Source: an uncultured Gemmatimonadales bacterium
GTDB taxonomy: Bacteria; Gemmatimonadota; Gemmatimonadetes; Longimicrobiales; Longimicrobiaceae
DNA length: 64,000 nt
NCBI GenBank assembly: GCA_963716255.1
Contig: OY970303.1
Location: 4,672,001-4,736,000 of the forward strand
Reading direction: 5' to 3'
Below the pieces are notes generated by a model that was not told the origin of the DNA, did no database searches, and saw only the letters and a program-made list of their open reading frames with translations. Positions 18,409 to 27,971 of this stretch are shown here, piece by piece. The stretch's first letter is position 1, and each line of letters opens with the position of its first letter. The translations under genes and the position numbers were made by a program.

Positions 18409-20937
18409 ATGAACCCTCCCGTCACCGCACCCTCCGTCGTCGACCCGCGCGCCCGGGTCGGCCTGCCGCCCGCCGAGCTGTCGCAGAACGCGCGCACGGT
18501 GCTCAGCAAGCGGTACCTCAAGAAGGACGAGGCGGGGAAGCCGGTGGAGGATCCCGAGGAGATGTTCTGGCGCGTGGCGGGCACCATCGCCGCCGAGGAC
18601 GCCAAGTACGGCGCCACCGAGGAGGAGGTGGAGGCGCTGGGGCTGGAGTTCTACGCGCTGATGACCACGCGCCGCTTCGAGCCCAACTCGCCCACGCTGA
18701 TGAACGCCGGGCGCCCGCTGGGGCAGCTCTCCGCCTGCTTCGTGCTCCCGGTGGACGACGCCCTGAGCAACGGGCAGAGCGGCGTGTACGACACCCTGCG
18801 CAGCATGGCCGTGGTGCACCAGTCGGGCGGCGGGACGGGCTTCTCGTTCAGCCGCATCCGCCCGGAGGGCGACATCGTCCGCAGCACCACCGGGGTGGCG
18901 AGCGGCCCGGTGAGCTTCATGAAGCTGTACGACGCCTCCACCGAGGTGGTGAAGCAGGGCGGCACGCGCCGCGGCGCCAACATGGGCATCCTGCGCGTGG
19001 ACCACCCGGACATCGAGCACTTCATCGACTGCAAGCAGGACATCACCCAGATCACCAACTTCAACATCTCGGTGGCCGTCACCGACGCCTTCATGCAGGC
19101 GGTGGAGAAGGGCGAGGAGTACGAGCTGAAGAGCCCGCGCACCGGCGCCACGGCCGGCAAGCTGGACGCGCGCAAGGTGTGGGACAAGGTGGTGGAGAAC
19201 GCCTGGCGGACGGGCGAGCCGGGGGTGTTCTACATCGACCGGGCCAACTTCTACAACCCGGTGCCGCACCTGGGCGACTACGAGGCCACCAACCCGTGCG
19301 GGGAGCAGCCGCTGCTGCCGTACGACGTGTGCAACCTGGGCTCGGTGAACGTGGGCGCCTTCGTGCGGGACGACATCCCCGCGGACGCTCCCTGGTACGA
19401 GAAGATCGACTGGAAGGAGTACCGCCGGGTGGTGCGCCTGTCCACGCACTTCCTGGACAACGTGATCGACGCGAACCAGTACCCGCTGGAGGCGATCACG
19501 GAGCTGGCGCAGAACATCCGCCGCATCGGGCTGGGGGTGATGGGCTTCGCGGACCTGCTGGTGCGCCTGGGCGTCCCCTACAACTCCGAGGAGGGGGTGG
19601 AGATCGGCCGGCGCATCATGGAGTTCATGGACGAGGAGTCCAAGCGCGAGTCGGAGAACCTGGCGGAGAGCCGCGGCGTGTTCCCGCAGTGGGAGCGCTC
19701 CATCTGGGGCCCGGACGAGTCGTGCGCCCGCGCGCCCAACGGCGACCGCATCCGCCCGGAGCGCCGCCTGCGCAACTGCAACGTGACCACGGTGGCGCCC
19801 ACGGGCACCATCTCCATCATCGCGGGGTGCTCGTCGGGGATCGAGCCGCTGTTCGCGGTGGCGTTCATGCGCAACCAGGCCGGCGTGATGATGCCGGACG
19901 TGAACGAGGACTTCGTCGCCATCGCCCGCGCGGAGGGGTGGTACTCGGACGACCTGGTGAAGCGCATCGCGGAGCAGGGGCACATCCACTTCCCGGAGGT
20001 GCCGGAGCGGGTGCAGCGCGCCTTCGTGACGGCGCACGACATCACGCCGGAGTGGCACGTCCGCATGCAGGCTGGCTTCCAGGAGCACACGGACTCGGCG
20101 ATCTCCAAGACGACCAACTTCCCCCACGACGCCAGCGTGGAGGACGTGCGCAAGATCTACGAGCTGGCCTTCAAGCTGGGCTGCAAGGGCGTGACGGTGT
20201 ACCGCGACGGCTCGCGCGACGGCCAGGTGCTTTCCACCGGCGCCACCAGGTCGCCGGCGCAGCAGGCGGACGAATCGGCGAAGGTGGCGGAGGCGCAGGA
20301 GCGCGCGGCGAAGCTGGAGGCGGAGCTGCGCGCGACCCGCGAGGCGCTGGCCCGCGCGGAGGCGCAGGCGCAACGGGTGCACCGGCAGAAGCGCAAGCGC
20401 CCGGCGGTGCTCAACGGCACCACGCGCAAGATGTCCTCGCCGCTGGGCGACGTGTTCGTGACCATCAACGAGGACGAGGGGAAGACGCCCTTCGAGGTGT
20501 TCGCGACGCTGGGCAAGGCGGGGAGCATCGCCATGGCGGACGTGGAGGCCATCGGCCGGCTGATCTCGCTGGCGCTGCGCTTCGGGGTGCCGGTGGCGGA
20601 CGTGCACACGCAGCTGCGCGGCATCTCGTCGGACCGCGCGGTGGGCTTCGGCGCCAACAAGGTGCTCTCGGTGCCGGACGCGATCGCGCAGGCCATCGCG
20701 CTGCGGGAGCAGGAGAAGGCGGGGATCCAGGGGGAGCTGATCCCGGAGCTGGCGCCTCCCGCCGGTGACGCAGGCGCGGGGGTGGCTGCGGGGCCGGCGC
20801 CGTCGGCGCAGCTTCCGCTGGTGGGGTACGACGCGAGCGAGACGTTCATCGGCACGTGCCCGGACTGCTCCAGCCAGCTGGAGTTCGCGGAGGGGTGCCA
20901 GAAGTGCCACGTCTGCGGGTACAGCGAGTGCGGGTGA
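18409..20937 (+). CDS. nrdJ: Vitamin B12-dependent class II ribonucleotide reductase with C-terminal TSCPD/Zn-ribbon region
   Basis: PNSPTLMNAG, QLSACF, QGGTRRGANM, TNPCGEQPL, APTGTIS, KGVTVYRDGSR, terminal CPDC...CHVCGYSEC; AGGAG at 18398. Confidence 0.95.
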   Translation: MNPPVTAPSVVDPRARVGLPPAELSQNARTVLSKRYLKKDEAGKPVEDPEEMFWRVAGTIAAEDAKYGATEEEVEALGLEFYALMTTRRFEPNSPTLMNAGRPLGQLSACFVLPVDDALSNGQSGVYDTLRSMAVVHQSGGGTGFSFSRIRPEGDIVRSTTGVASGPVSFMKLYDASTEVVKQGGTRRGANMGILRVDHPDIEHFIDCKQDITQITNFNISVAVTDAFMQAVEKGEEYELKSPRTGATAGKLDARKVWDKVVENAWRTGEPGVFYIDRANFYNPVPHLGDYEATNPCGEQPLLPYDVCNLGSVNVGAFVRDDIPADAPWYEKIDWKEYRRVVRLSTHFLDNVIDANQYPLEAITELAQNIRRIGLGVMGFADLLVRLGVPYNSEEGVEIGRRIMEFMDEESKRESENLAESRGVFPQWERSIWGPDESCARAPNGDRIRPERRLRNCNVTTVAPTGTISIIAGCSSGIEPLFAVAFMRNQAGVMMPDVNEDFVAIARAEGWYSDDLVKRIAEQGHIHFPEVPERVQRAFVTAHDITPEWHVRMQAGFQEHTDSAISKTTNFPHDASVEDVRKIYELAFKLGCKGVTVYRDGSRDGQVLSTGATRSPAQQADESAKVAEAQERAAKLEAELRATREALARAEAQAQRVHRQKRKRPAVLNGTTRKMSSPLGDVFVTINEDEGKTPFEVFATLGKAGSIAMADVEAIGRLISLALRFGVPVADVHTQLRGISSDRAVGFGANKVLSVPDAIAQAIALREQEKAGIQGELIPELAPPAGDAGAGVAAGPAPSAQLPLVGYDASETFIGTCPDCSSQLEFAEGCQKCHVCGYSECG

Positions 20938-21227
20938 TTTTTTGCTGACGGTGTGACCCGGGCCCCACTGCCGTGAGGCAGAGGGCGGGCGGGGTGGGGC
21001 GGGGTTGCAGTCGGGCGGTGAGGTCGGGAGGGGGGAGGGGGGGGCGGTATGGACTGGTGAGGTTTGGAAGGGGGTGAGGCGCCGCGAGGTGCCTCATCCC
21101 CCAACTCGGTAGTTCTCGGATCACGGATCAAGGTTTCGTTCCAATTCGAGTATCACCGCTTAAGTCTTCAAGGCGCCCATCGATCGATGGTGCATCTGCT
21201 CAGCTACTGTATCACTTAGGGATCAGA

Positions 21228-22574
21228 ATGACTTCCACTATTTATGATGCTCTCGATGAAGCACGGGAATTCAGAGAGCAACTTGCATCCGATCGCCGTC
21301 GCACAGCTTTTCTTTTTGGAGCTGGTACATCACAAGCGGTTGGACTTGATGGAATTGTCCAACTCACTGCGAAGATTCCTGAACTGCTGTCGGACGGTCT
21401 CCGGCCCAGCTATGAACGCGTGCTGAAAGATTTAGGTTCTGGGGGAACGGTTGAGGGTGTCCTTGACCGTGTGAGACTTTACCGCGAACTCCTCGGTGAT
21501 ACTGGTATTACTGACCGTGTCTCTGAAATTTCTGGTTCTGACGCGATGCGCCTCGACTGCGCTATCTGTAAGGCGATTTTTGAGCGCATCAACGTCGACC
21601 CCCCAAACGGGCTGACACCATACGTTAATTTTGGGGGATGGGTAGGTTCTATAGCACGTTCCTTCCCAGTGGAGATCTTTACGACGAATTACGATGTCCT
21701 CATCGAACGAGGACTTGAGCAGGTAGGCACTCCCCACTTCGACGGATTCGTGGGATCATACTCTCCGACATTTTCTCCAGCTAGTGTAGACGCTGAGCTG
21801 GGACGCGGGCACGATGCGATATATCCTCCTCCTTCATGGGTGCGGGTTTGGAAGCTACATGGCTCAATCGGATGGCGAACTGAAGTATCTGGGTCGAGGA
21901 CTCGAATCGTTCGTGTCCCTCACCGCAGTGTCAGTGACACTGATGACCTCATGATCTATCCATCTCGGCAGAAGTACGCAGATTCTAGGAAGCAGCCTTA
22001 CATCGCATATCATGATCGGCTTCGTCGACTGCTGTTGTCTGGCGAGGTACTCCTAATTACAGCAGGATACTCGTTTGGTGACCAGCATATTAACGAGATC
22101 ATCTTTGAGGCAATGCGGATGAATAATCGCCTTTCGGTGACAGCGTTGATGTATGGGGATCTTCAAGAAAGTTTGATGACAAATCTGCTAAAACCCACTC
22201 AAGGTTGCCGCAACCTGACGATGTACTGTGCGGATTACGCTAGTGTCAGTGGAACTCTTGGGAAAATTCACGCGCCCACAAAGCCACCAATTAGGCATCG
22301 AGAGTGGCCGTTCTGGAACTCATCAACTGGTCGATTCACGCTAGGGGACTTCGCATCGTTTTCGGACTATCTGCGCATCTTCCTTGGCGCGCGAGAGCAG
22401 GTAGGTCTTGCAGAAAGTCTGCCCGAGAATAGCGGAGGTCCCAACTGGAACGAACCCGGTGAACTGGATTCGGAACTGCTGGATCGGCGTGCTGACTCTG
22501 TTGTTGCCATTCCGCTCACCCCTAACGGTGACCAACGTAGCGATGGCCCTGTGACGTTGCAGGGCTCGGTATGA
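21228..22574 (+). CDS. SIR2-like (SIR2_2) NADase effector
   Basis: FLFGAGTS, TTNYD, DGFVG, KLHGSIGW, GYSFGDQHIN; lower GC than host. Confidence 0.92.
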   Translation: MTSTIYDALDEAREFREQLASDRRRTAFLFGAGTSQAVGLDGIVQLTAKIPELLSDGLRPSYERVLKDLGSGGTVEGVLDRVRLYRELLGDTGITDRVSEISGSDAMRLDCAICKAIFERINVDPPNGLTPYVNFGGWVGSIARSFPVEIFTTNYDVLIERGLEQVGTPHFDGFVGSYSPTFSPASVDAELGRGHDAIYPPPSWVRVWKLHGSIGWRTEVSGSRTRIVRVPHRSVSDTDDLMIYPSRQKYADSRKQPYIAYHDRLRRLLLSGEVLLITAGYSFGDQHINEIIFEAMRMNNRLSVTALMYGDLQESLMTNLLKPTQGCRNLTMYCADYASVSGTLGKIHAPTKPPIRHREWPFWNSSTGRFTLGDFASFSDYLRIFLGAREQVGLAESLPENSGGPNWNEPGELDSELLDRRADSVVAIPLTPNGDQRSDGPVTLQGSV

Positions 22575-24358
22575 GAACGGAAGCGACGTTCCTTGGAACT
22601 GTAGCCAGCGTAATCGGTGCAAAGGTGGTCGTTGAGGTGTCTGCAGACCTACCATCAACGAGCCCAATTGTGAATGGACGTATCTATCGATTGGGGCAAA
22701 TCGGATCGTTCGTTCGCATCCCGATGGGTTTTCTAAATGTCTACGGAATTGTCGCGATGGTTGGGGCTGTTGATTCAGGCGTTGTGTACTTGGGAGCACA
22801 AGCAACTCGGGCGCACAGAACACTGGAAATTCAGCTTGTCGGAGAAGCAGTCGGCGGTGGTACTTTTCATCGAGGTGTAAGTCAATATCCTACCCTTGAC
22901 GATGAAGTCCATGTCGTCACTGCGGAAGATCTCGCACGCATTTATGGATCAGTTGGCTTAGCAACACCTATCACGATCGGCAGTCACTCTGCCTCTGAAA
23001 ACCTGCCCGCGACTGTTGATTTGGATCGGCTTGTGTCACGGCATGCGGCTGTAGTAGGATCGACAGGCAGTGGCAAATCTAACTCTGTGGCAGCCCTACT
23101 CCAAGCACTCACCGCAGGATCGTTTCCTAGCGCGAATGTAGTGGTGATTGATCCCCATGGTGAGTATGGACGCGCATTTGAAGGGAAGAGCCGGGTGCTT
23201 CGCATCGGTGATCAGTCGCATCCCCTCTACCTTCCTTACTGGGCACTTTCATTTGATGAATTGGCTTGGTTCTTGGTCGATCGCCGATCCGCGACTGAGA
23301 CTCATCAAGATACACGTCTACGGGAGATGATTTACGAAACGCGCAAAGCCAATGTTGCTGGCCTTCAAAATTCGGATGGAGGAGTGCCCCTTTCCCCTGA
23401 CGAGATTACAGTTGACTCTCCTGTTCCGTTTGACCTAAAGCAACTCTGGTATGACTTGGATCGTCTAGAAAGGCTTACTTGGCGAGACCAACAGCGTACT
23501 ACCCCAGCATTGGAAATGGAAGGCAGCGCCGCGACCCTAACGCCAGCGAAGTTTGCCGCGCCGGGCGCTGGTAGCGCACCACCATTTAAGAACAACCCAG
23601 TGCCGCCGATGGCGCAGTATGCCAACAAAATCCTTACCCGCCTAAAGGATCGTCGATTCGCATTTATGTTATCGCCCGGTGACTATGATGGAGTGACTAA
23701 GGACTTGGGCGATCTCCTCAACGATTGGGTCGGACATGATAGTGGAATCACGGTACTTGATTTAGCGGGTGTTCCGTCGGAGATCACAGATCTGGTGGTG
23801 GGACTACTGACCCGTTTACTATTCGAAACGATGTTTTGGGGGCGAGACATTCCTGGAATTGGTCGCCAGCGACCGCTTTTTCTAGTTTTTGAGGAAGCAC
23901 ATGGCTATTTGCCTCGTGGAGAAGGTGGTCAGTACGTCCAAGGATATGCTCGGAAGGCCGTACAGCGGGTGTTGAGAGAAGGAAGGAAATATGGCGTAGG
24001 CGCGTTAGTCGTAAGCCAACGACCTTCAGAACTTGATGAGACTATTCTCTCCCAATGTGGTACATTCTTTGCCCTGCGACTCACTAACTCCCAGGATCAG
24101 TCACGAGTCGCATCTATGGTTCCGGACGAGATAACCGGTCTAACTAATTTGCTTCCAGCTTTGCGGACCGGAGAAGCGATCGTCTTAGGTGAGGCAATGC
24201 CGTTACCTAGCCGGGTACGGATTACGTTGGTCTCGCCTCGGCCCGATAGCCGTGATGCAGACGTAGCTGACCGATGGCAAGAGGGGCGACTCGCAACTAC
24301 TGACTTCGCTTCAGCTATCGCTAACTGGAGACGCCAGAGTAAGCCTGTGCAGACATAA
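22571..24358 (+). CDS. herA: HerA/DUF87 ATPase
   Basis: N-terminal HAS-barrel-like region, Walker A GSTGSGKS, DPHGEY, Walker B LVFEEAH, REGRKYG, SQRPSE; ATGA overlap with SIR2. Confidence 0.92.
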   Translation: MRTEATFLGTVASVIGAKVVVEVSADLPSTSPIVNGRIYRLGQIGSFVRIPMGFLNVYGIVAMVGAVDSGVVYLGAQATRAHRTLEIQLVGEAVGGGTFHRGVSQYPTLDDEVHVVTAEDLARIYGSVGLATPITIGSHSASENLPATVDLDRLVSRHAAVVGSTGSGKSNSVAALLQALTAGSFPSANVVVIDPHGEYGRAFEGKSRVLRIGDQSHPLYLPYWALSFDELAWFLVDRRSATETHQDTRLREMIYETRKANVAGLQNSDGGVPLSPDEITVDSPVPFDLKQLWYDLDRLERLTWRDQQRTTPALEMEGSAATLTPAKFAAPGAGSAPPFKNNPVPPMAQYANKILTRLKDRRFAFMLSPGDYDGVTKDLGDLLNDWVGHDSGITVLDLAGVPSEITDLVVGLLTRLLFETMFWGRDIPGIGRQRPLFLVFEEAHGYLPRGEGGQYVQGYARKAVQRVLREGRKYGVGALVVSQRPSELDETILSQCGTFFALRLTNSQDQSRVASMVPDEITGLTNLLPALRTGEAIVLGEAMPLPSRVRITLVSPRPDSRDADVADRWQEGRLATTDFASAIANWRRQSKPVQT

Positions 24359-24378
24359 CTATCAACTCCTTCAAGCAG

Positions 24379-24600
24379 ATGACAATGGATTACACTAGCG
24401 TTTCGTCGTCTAGCGTTGCTGCGGTTGGGTACGATGAGAGCCAGGCAACTCTTGGTGTTCGCTTCAACAATGGAAGTGAGTACCACTATTTTGGCGTTCC
24501 GAGCGAGGTCTATGACGGTCTGTTAAATGCTCCGTCTGTTGGGACCTATTTGAATCAATATGTCAAAAAAGGTGGGTATTCTTATAGTCGGGTTCAATAG
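24379..24600 (+). CDS. KTSC-domain protein
   Basis: VSSS.V..VGYD....TL.V.F.NG..Y.Y.GVP..VY..LL.A.S.G.YLN..VK..Y.Y pattern. Confidence 0.88.
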   Translation: MTMDYTSVSSSSVAAVGYDESQATLGVRFNNGSEYHYFGVPSEVYDGLLNAPSVGTYLNQYVKKGGYSYSRVQ

Positions 24601-24688
24601 CAAATTGTTGCAAACCCCAGATTGTCGATCAAAAGAAGTCCAGGTAGCCCCGGGTACAGTCAGAGCAGACCGGCGAAGAGAAGGACTA

Positions 24689-24955
24689 ATGGATTACAAG
24701 AGCTGGGATCTCGCGGACCTGCGCGCGATGTGGGAGCGTCGTCGCCGGATCGTGCGTGAGGCCAAACGGAACATCGACACGACGGGGATGACAAGGCCGC
24801 GGCGCGATCCGGACGAACGGGCGTTCCTCGAGGAGCGCGGGCTCCTGGGTCCGTTCATCGAGACTGACATCCCGCCCGCCTATCCGCGTCGGAGAAAGCC
24901 GGATCCGGCCCGGGGGTCAGACTCCGATGACACAGGGACAGGGCCAGCGGAATAG
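24689..24955 (+). CDS. Small hypothetical protein (88 aa)
   Basis: AAGGA upstream of ATG; no recognisable motif. Confidence 0.45.
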   Translation: MDYKSWDLADLRAMWERRRRIVREAKRNIDTTGMTRPRRDPDERAFLEERGLLGPFIETDIPPAYPRRRKPDPARGSDSDDTGTGPAE

Positions 24956-25045
24956 ATGCAGTCGTGAGCAGCGGCGGCCCTCTTCATGGCGACCTACGGC
25001 TTCATCGCCGGGGTCGCCTTCTCATTGGTTCTCCTCGATACAAGC

Positions 25046-26629
25046 TCACTGCCGCGACGTGCCCGTGAGCGCCGCGAGCTGCGCGGCGTACGCCGCGGCA
25101 GCGGCCCCATCGCCGGCGGCGGTCGCGGCCCGCCTCGCGCCGTCCAGCGCCTGGAACCGGTTCGGCTCTCTCGCGAGCGTGGCGCGGTACTCGGCGAGGG
25201 CCGCGGACGGGCGCCCCAGATCCATGAGCATGTCGCCCAGGAGCTCGCGCGCCGGCGCGAGCGGGCCGGGCGTCACCGCGCTCTTCTCCGTCGCGTCCTC
25301 GCGCCGGGCGGCCTCCTGCATGAGCGCGACCGCCTCGCCGGAGCGCCCCTCGGCCAGCTCCAGCCACGCCTGCGCCCCCAGCCGCTGGATCGCCACCTGC
25401 TCCGCCCAGTACGCCTCCCCCCGCGCCAGCAGGCGCGCGTGGATGGCCGCCAGCGAATCGATCGCCACGCGCGCCGGCTCCGGCCGCCGGAGGTGCGCCG
25501 CGCCGAGCGCGCGCGCGAAGTATGTCATCGCGTCCGCGTACGGGAACGCGCTGGGGGCGGGGACCAGCGCCGCCGCCCCGGTCCACGCGCGGCGCTCCAG
25601 CGCATGGCGGGCCGGCATGGCCGCCAGCGCGAACACCCCGGCCGAGCCCGGGGCCGCCCCCGTCACGGCGCCCGGGTCGAACCGTGCAGCGAGCGCCGGG
25701 AGGCCGGCCAGCACCCGCTCGGCGTCCGCGTCGCGCCGCATCTGGAGGTAGGCGTAGACCATGTAGTCCGACGCGTGCAGCACCTCCGCGATCGAGGAGT
25801 CGCGCAGTGCCGCTTCGACGGACCGGCGGTTCGTGGCCACCGAGGCTTCCCACATCCCCAGCCGCGTGAAGGTGTGCGACGGCATGTGCAGCGCGTGGGC
25901 AGCCGCGGGCGCGATGCCGGCGTAGCTGCTCGCGGCGGCCGTGGCGAGCGGGGCGAGCGCGGGCACGTCGTACGCGTGGATGATGTAGTGCGCGAGGCCC
26001 GGGTGGTCGGGCTGGGCCGTCCGCAGCGACTCCAGGATCGCCCCCGCCCGCCGCTGCCCGGCGTACGTCTTGTCCGTGGGGGGCGCCGCGGCGACGAGGG
26101 AGATCGCGTGGAAGATCCTGGCCTCGCCGTCCTGGGGCTGGTTCGCGGCGAGGGCGGCCATGGCGCGCTCGTACGCCGCCACGCGGGTGGGCTGGTCGGC
26201 GTGCTCGTAATCGGCGTAGAGCCGGGCCACGGCGGCGATGTAGCCGCGCTCCCGTTCGGTGGCGCCCGTGGCGAGCCGCGCGGCCGCGTCCGCCTCCGAG
26301 CGCCCCGCCGCGAGCAGCGGCGGCGCACGGTTGGCGAGGCTCATGGGGTTGGTCCAGCGGGCGAGCGCGATCCCCCAGTACGCCATCGCACACGTGGAGT
26401 CCGCGGCCAGCACCCCCTGGAAGTCACGGATCGCCGCGCCGAACTCGAACGAGTGCAGCAGCGCCACCGCGCGGTCGAACCGGGACGCGACGGCGGGACT
26501 GCACGATGTCGCGAAGTGCACCGTCCCCAGGCCGCCGCCCGTGGGGTGGGGGTGGCCCTGCGCCGCGATCGAACCCGGAAGGAGCGCGGCGAGGAGCGCC
26601 GCGCGGGCGGACGCGCTGAGACGGGTCAT
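25046..26629 (-). CDS. Secreted TPR-like helical repeat protein
   Basis: Signal peptide; LLHSF, YWGIA, HYIIHAYD, HALHMPSHTF; Ala-rich helical repeats; GGAGG upstream. Confidence 0.8.
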   Translation of the reverse strand: MTRLSASARAALLAALLPGSIAAQGHPHPTGGGLGTVHFATSCSPAVASRFDRAVALLHSFEFGAAIRDFQGVLAADSTCAMAYWGIALARWTNPMSLANRAPPLLAAGRSEADAAARLATGATERERGYIAAVARLYADYEHADQPTRVAAYERAMAALAANQPQDGEARIFHAISLVAAAPPTDKTYAGQRRAGAILESLRTAQPDHPGLAHYIIHAYDVPALAPLATAAASSYAGIAPAAAHALHMPSHTFTRLGMWEASVATNRRSVEAALRDSSIAEVLHASDYMVYAYLQMRRDADAERVLAGLPALAARFDPGAVTGAAPGSAGVFALAAMPARHALERRAWTGAAALVPAPSAFPYADAMTYFARALGAAHLRRPEPARVAIDSLAAIHARLLARGEAYWAEQVAIQRLGAQAWLELAEGRSGEAVALMQEAARREDATEKSAVTPGPLAPARELLGDMLMDLGRPSAALAEYRATLAREPNRFQALDGARRAATAAGDGAAAAAYAAQLAALTGTSRQ

Positions 26630-26824
26630 GTGGGGCCTCCGTTGTCGGTTCCGGGACTACATAGCATCCGGAAGCGTCCTGCCACAAGGAGAAAGGCCGC
26701 CCGGAGCGGCCCGGGCCCGGCCGCGGCCATGCGATCCAAGGCTGGTGACAGCCACCCTTGCATCGTACACTGGTGCGGTGCGGGTTCGACTGCCGTTTTG
26801 GTGCGCTGCCAGCCAGGGGGAAGC

Positions 26825-27958
26825 ATGGACCGGAAGACGTGCAGGGATCCGCGCTGGCGCTGGCTGATCCTGATCCTGGCGGTGCTCGCCGCCCTGCTGG
26901 CCGCCGTGATCCTCGCCCTCCTGGGAAAGATCCTCGACGCTCCGCGCCTCTACCTGCTGGCGCTTCTCGTCCTGCTCGTCTTCGCGCTGGCCGGCGCCAT
27001 CGCCATCGCGCTCCTGGTCCACGTGCTGTTCCGCCGCTGGTGCGAGATGCGCGGGGCGCCGCCGAAGGGGCAGGGGACGCGCGAGCAGACCGGCCCCATC
27101 GCCGCGACGGTGCCGTCCACCATCTACAAGCGGCCCGATCCGCTGATCTACAGCCAGTATTTCCTGATGGCCCAGGGCCTCGCGGTGACCTGGGACAACC
27201 CCGACATCTGGCTCACCGAGCTGCCGGCGGGCGACGGGACCATGGCGCCGGTCGCCTCGCAGGACGTCCTGGCCGGCCACACCTACCGGGTCCACGCGCG
27301 GATCTACAACGGCTCGCTCGAAGCGCCGGCCGTGGGCATGCCGGTGGGGTTCGGCTACCTCAGCTTCGGGATCGGGGTCCAGGCGCACCTCATCGGCTTC
27401 GACGTGGTCAACCTGCCGGTGAAGGGCGCGGTGGGTCACCCGGTGGAGGCCTCGTGCGACTGGACCACCCCGGCGGCCGCGGGCCACTTCTGCCTGCAGG
27501 TGGGACTCTTCTGGCCGGACGATGCCCAGCCCGGCAACAACCTGGGCCAGGAGAACATCGACACGAAAAAGCTCACCTCGCCCGCGACGTTCCAGTTCCC
27601 GGTGCGCAACGACGCCCCGGTGCGGCGCGTCTTCCGGCTGGAGGCCGACGCCTACGCCCTGCCCACGCTCCCGGCCTGTCCGGAGCGTCCGGCGCCCGGG
27701 GAGGGCCACCGCGGGCGCGAGCCGCGGGCGCGAGCCGCCCGCCTGGCCGCGCACCGGAGGGAGGATCACCCGCTGCCGCCCGGCTGGACGGTGGAATTCA
27801 CGCCCGGCGCGGAGTTCGTGCTGGCGGCGGGCGAGCAGGTGGAGGTGACCGCCGTGGTCACCGCCCCCGGCCCCGTTCCGGTCCCGCAGCCGGTCAACGT
27901 GAACGCCTTCGCCGACGGCAAGCTCGCCGGCGGCGTCACCCTGTACGTGCACAGCTGA
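26825..27958 (+). CDS. Membrane-anchored protein (2 TM) with beta-sandwich-like domains
   Basis: ATG at 26825 after GGGGGAAGC; two hydrophobic helices; WDNPDI...NNLGQEN. Confidence 0.75.
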   Translation: MDRKTCRDPRWRWLILILAVLAALLAAVILALLGKILDAPRLYLLALLVLLVFALAGAIAIALLVHVLFRRWCEMRGAPPKGQGTREQTGPIAATVPSTIYKRPDPLIYSQYFLMAQGLAVTWDNPDIWLTELPAGDGTMAPVASQDVLAGHTYRVHARIYNGSLEAPAVGMPVGFGYLSFGIGVQAHLIGFDVVNLPVKGAVGHPVEASCDWTTPAAAGHFCLQVGLFWPDDAQPGNNLGQENIDTKKLTSPATFQFPVRNDAPVRRVFRLEADAYALPTLPACPERPAPGEGHRGREPRARAARLAAHRREDHPLPPGWTVEFTPGAEFVLAAGEQVEVTAVVTAPGPVPVPQPVNVNAFADGKLAGGVTLYVHS

Positions 27959-27971
27959 GGGGGGAAAGGCG

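Noticed and set aside
24956..25045. Short hydrophobic reading (ATYGFIAGVAFSLVL) suggesting a gene remnant
   Set aside because: Too short to support a call.
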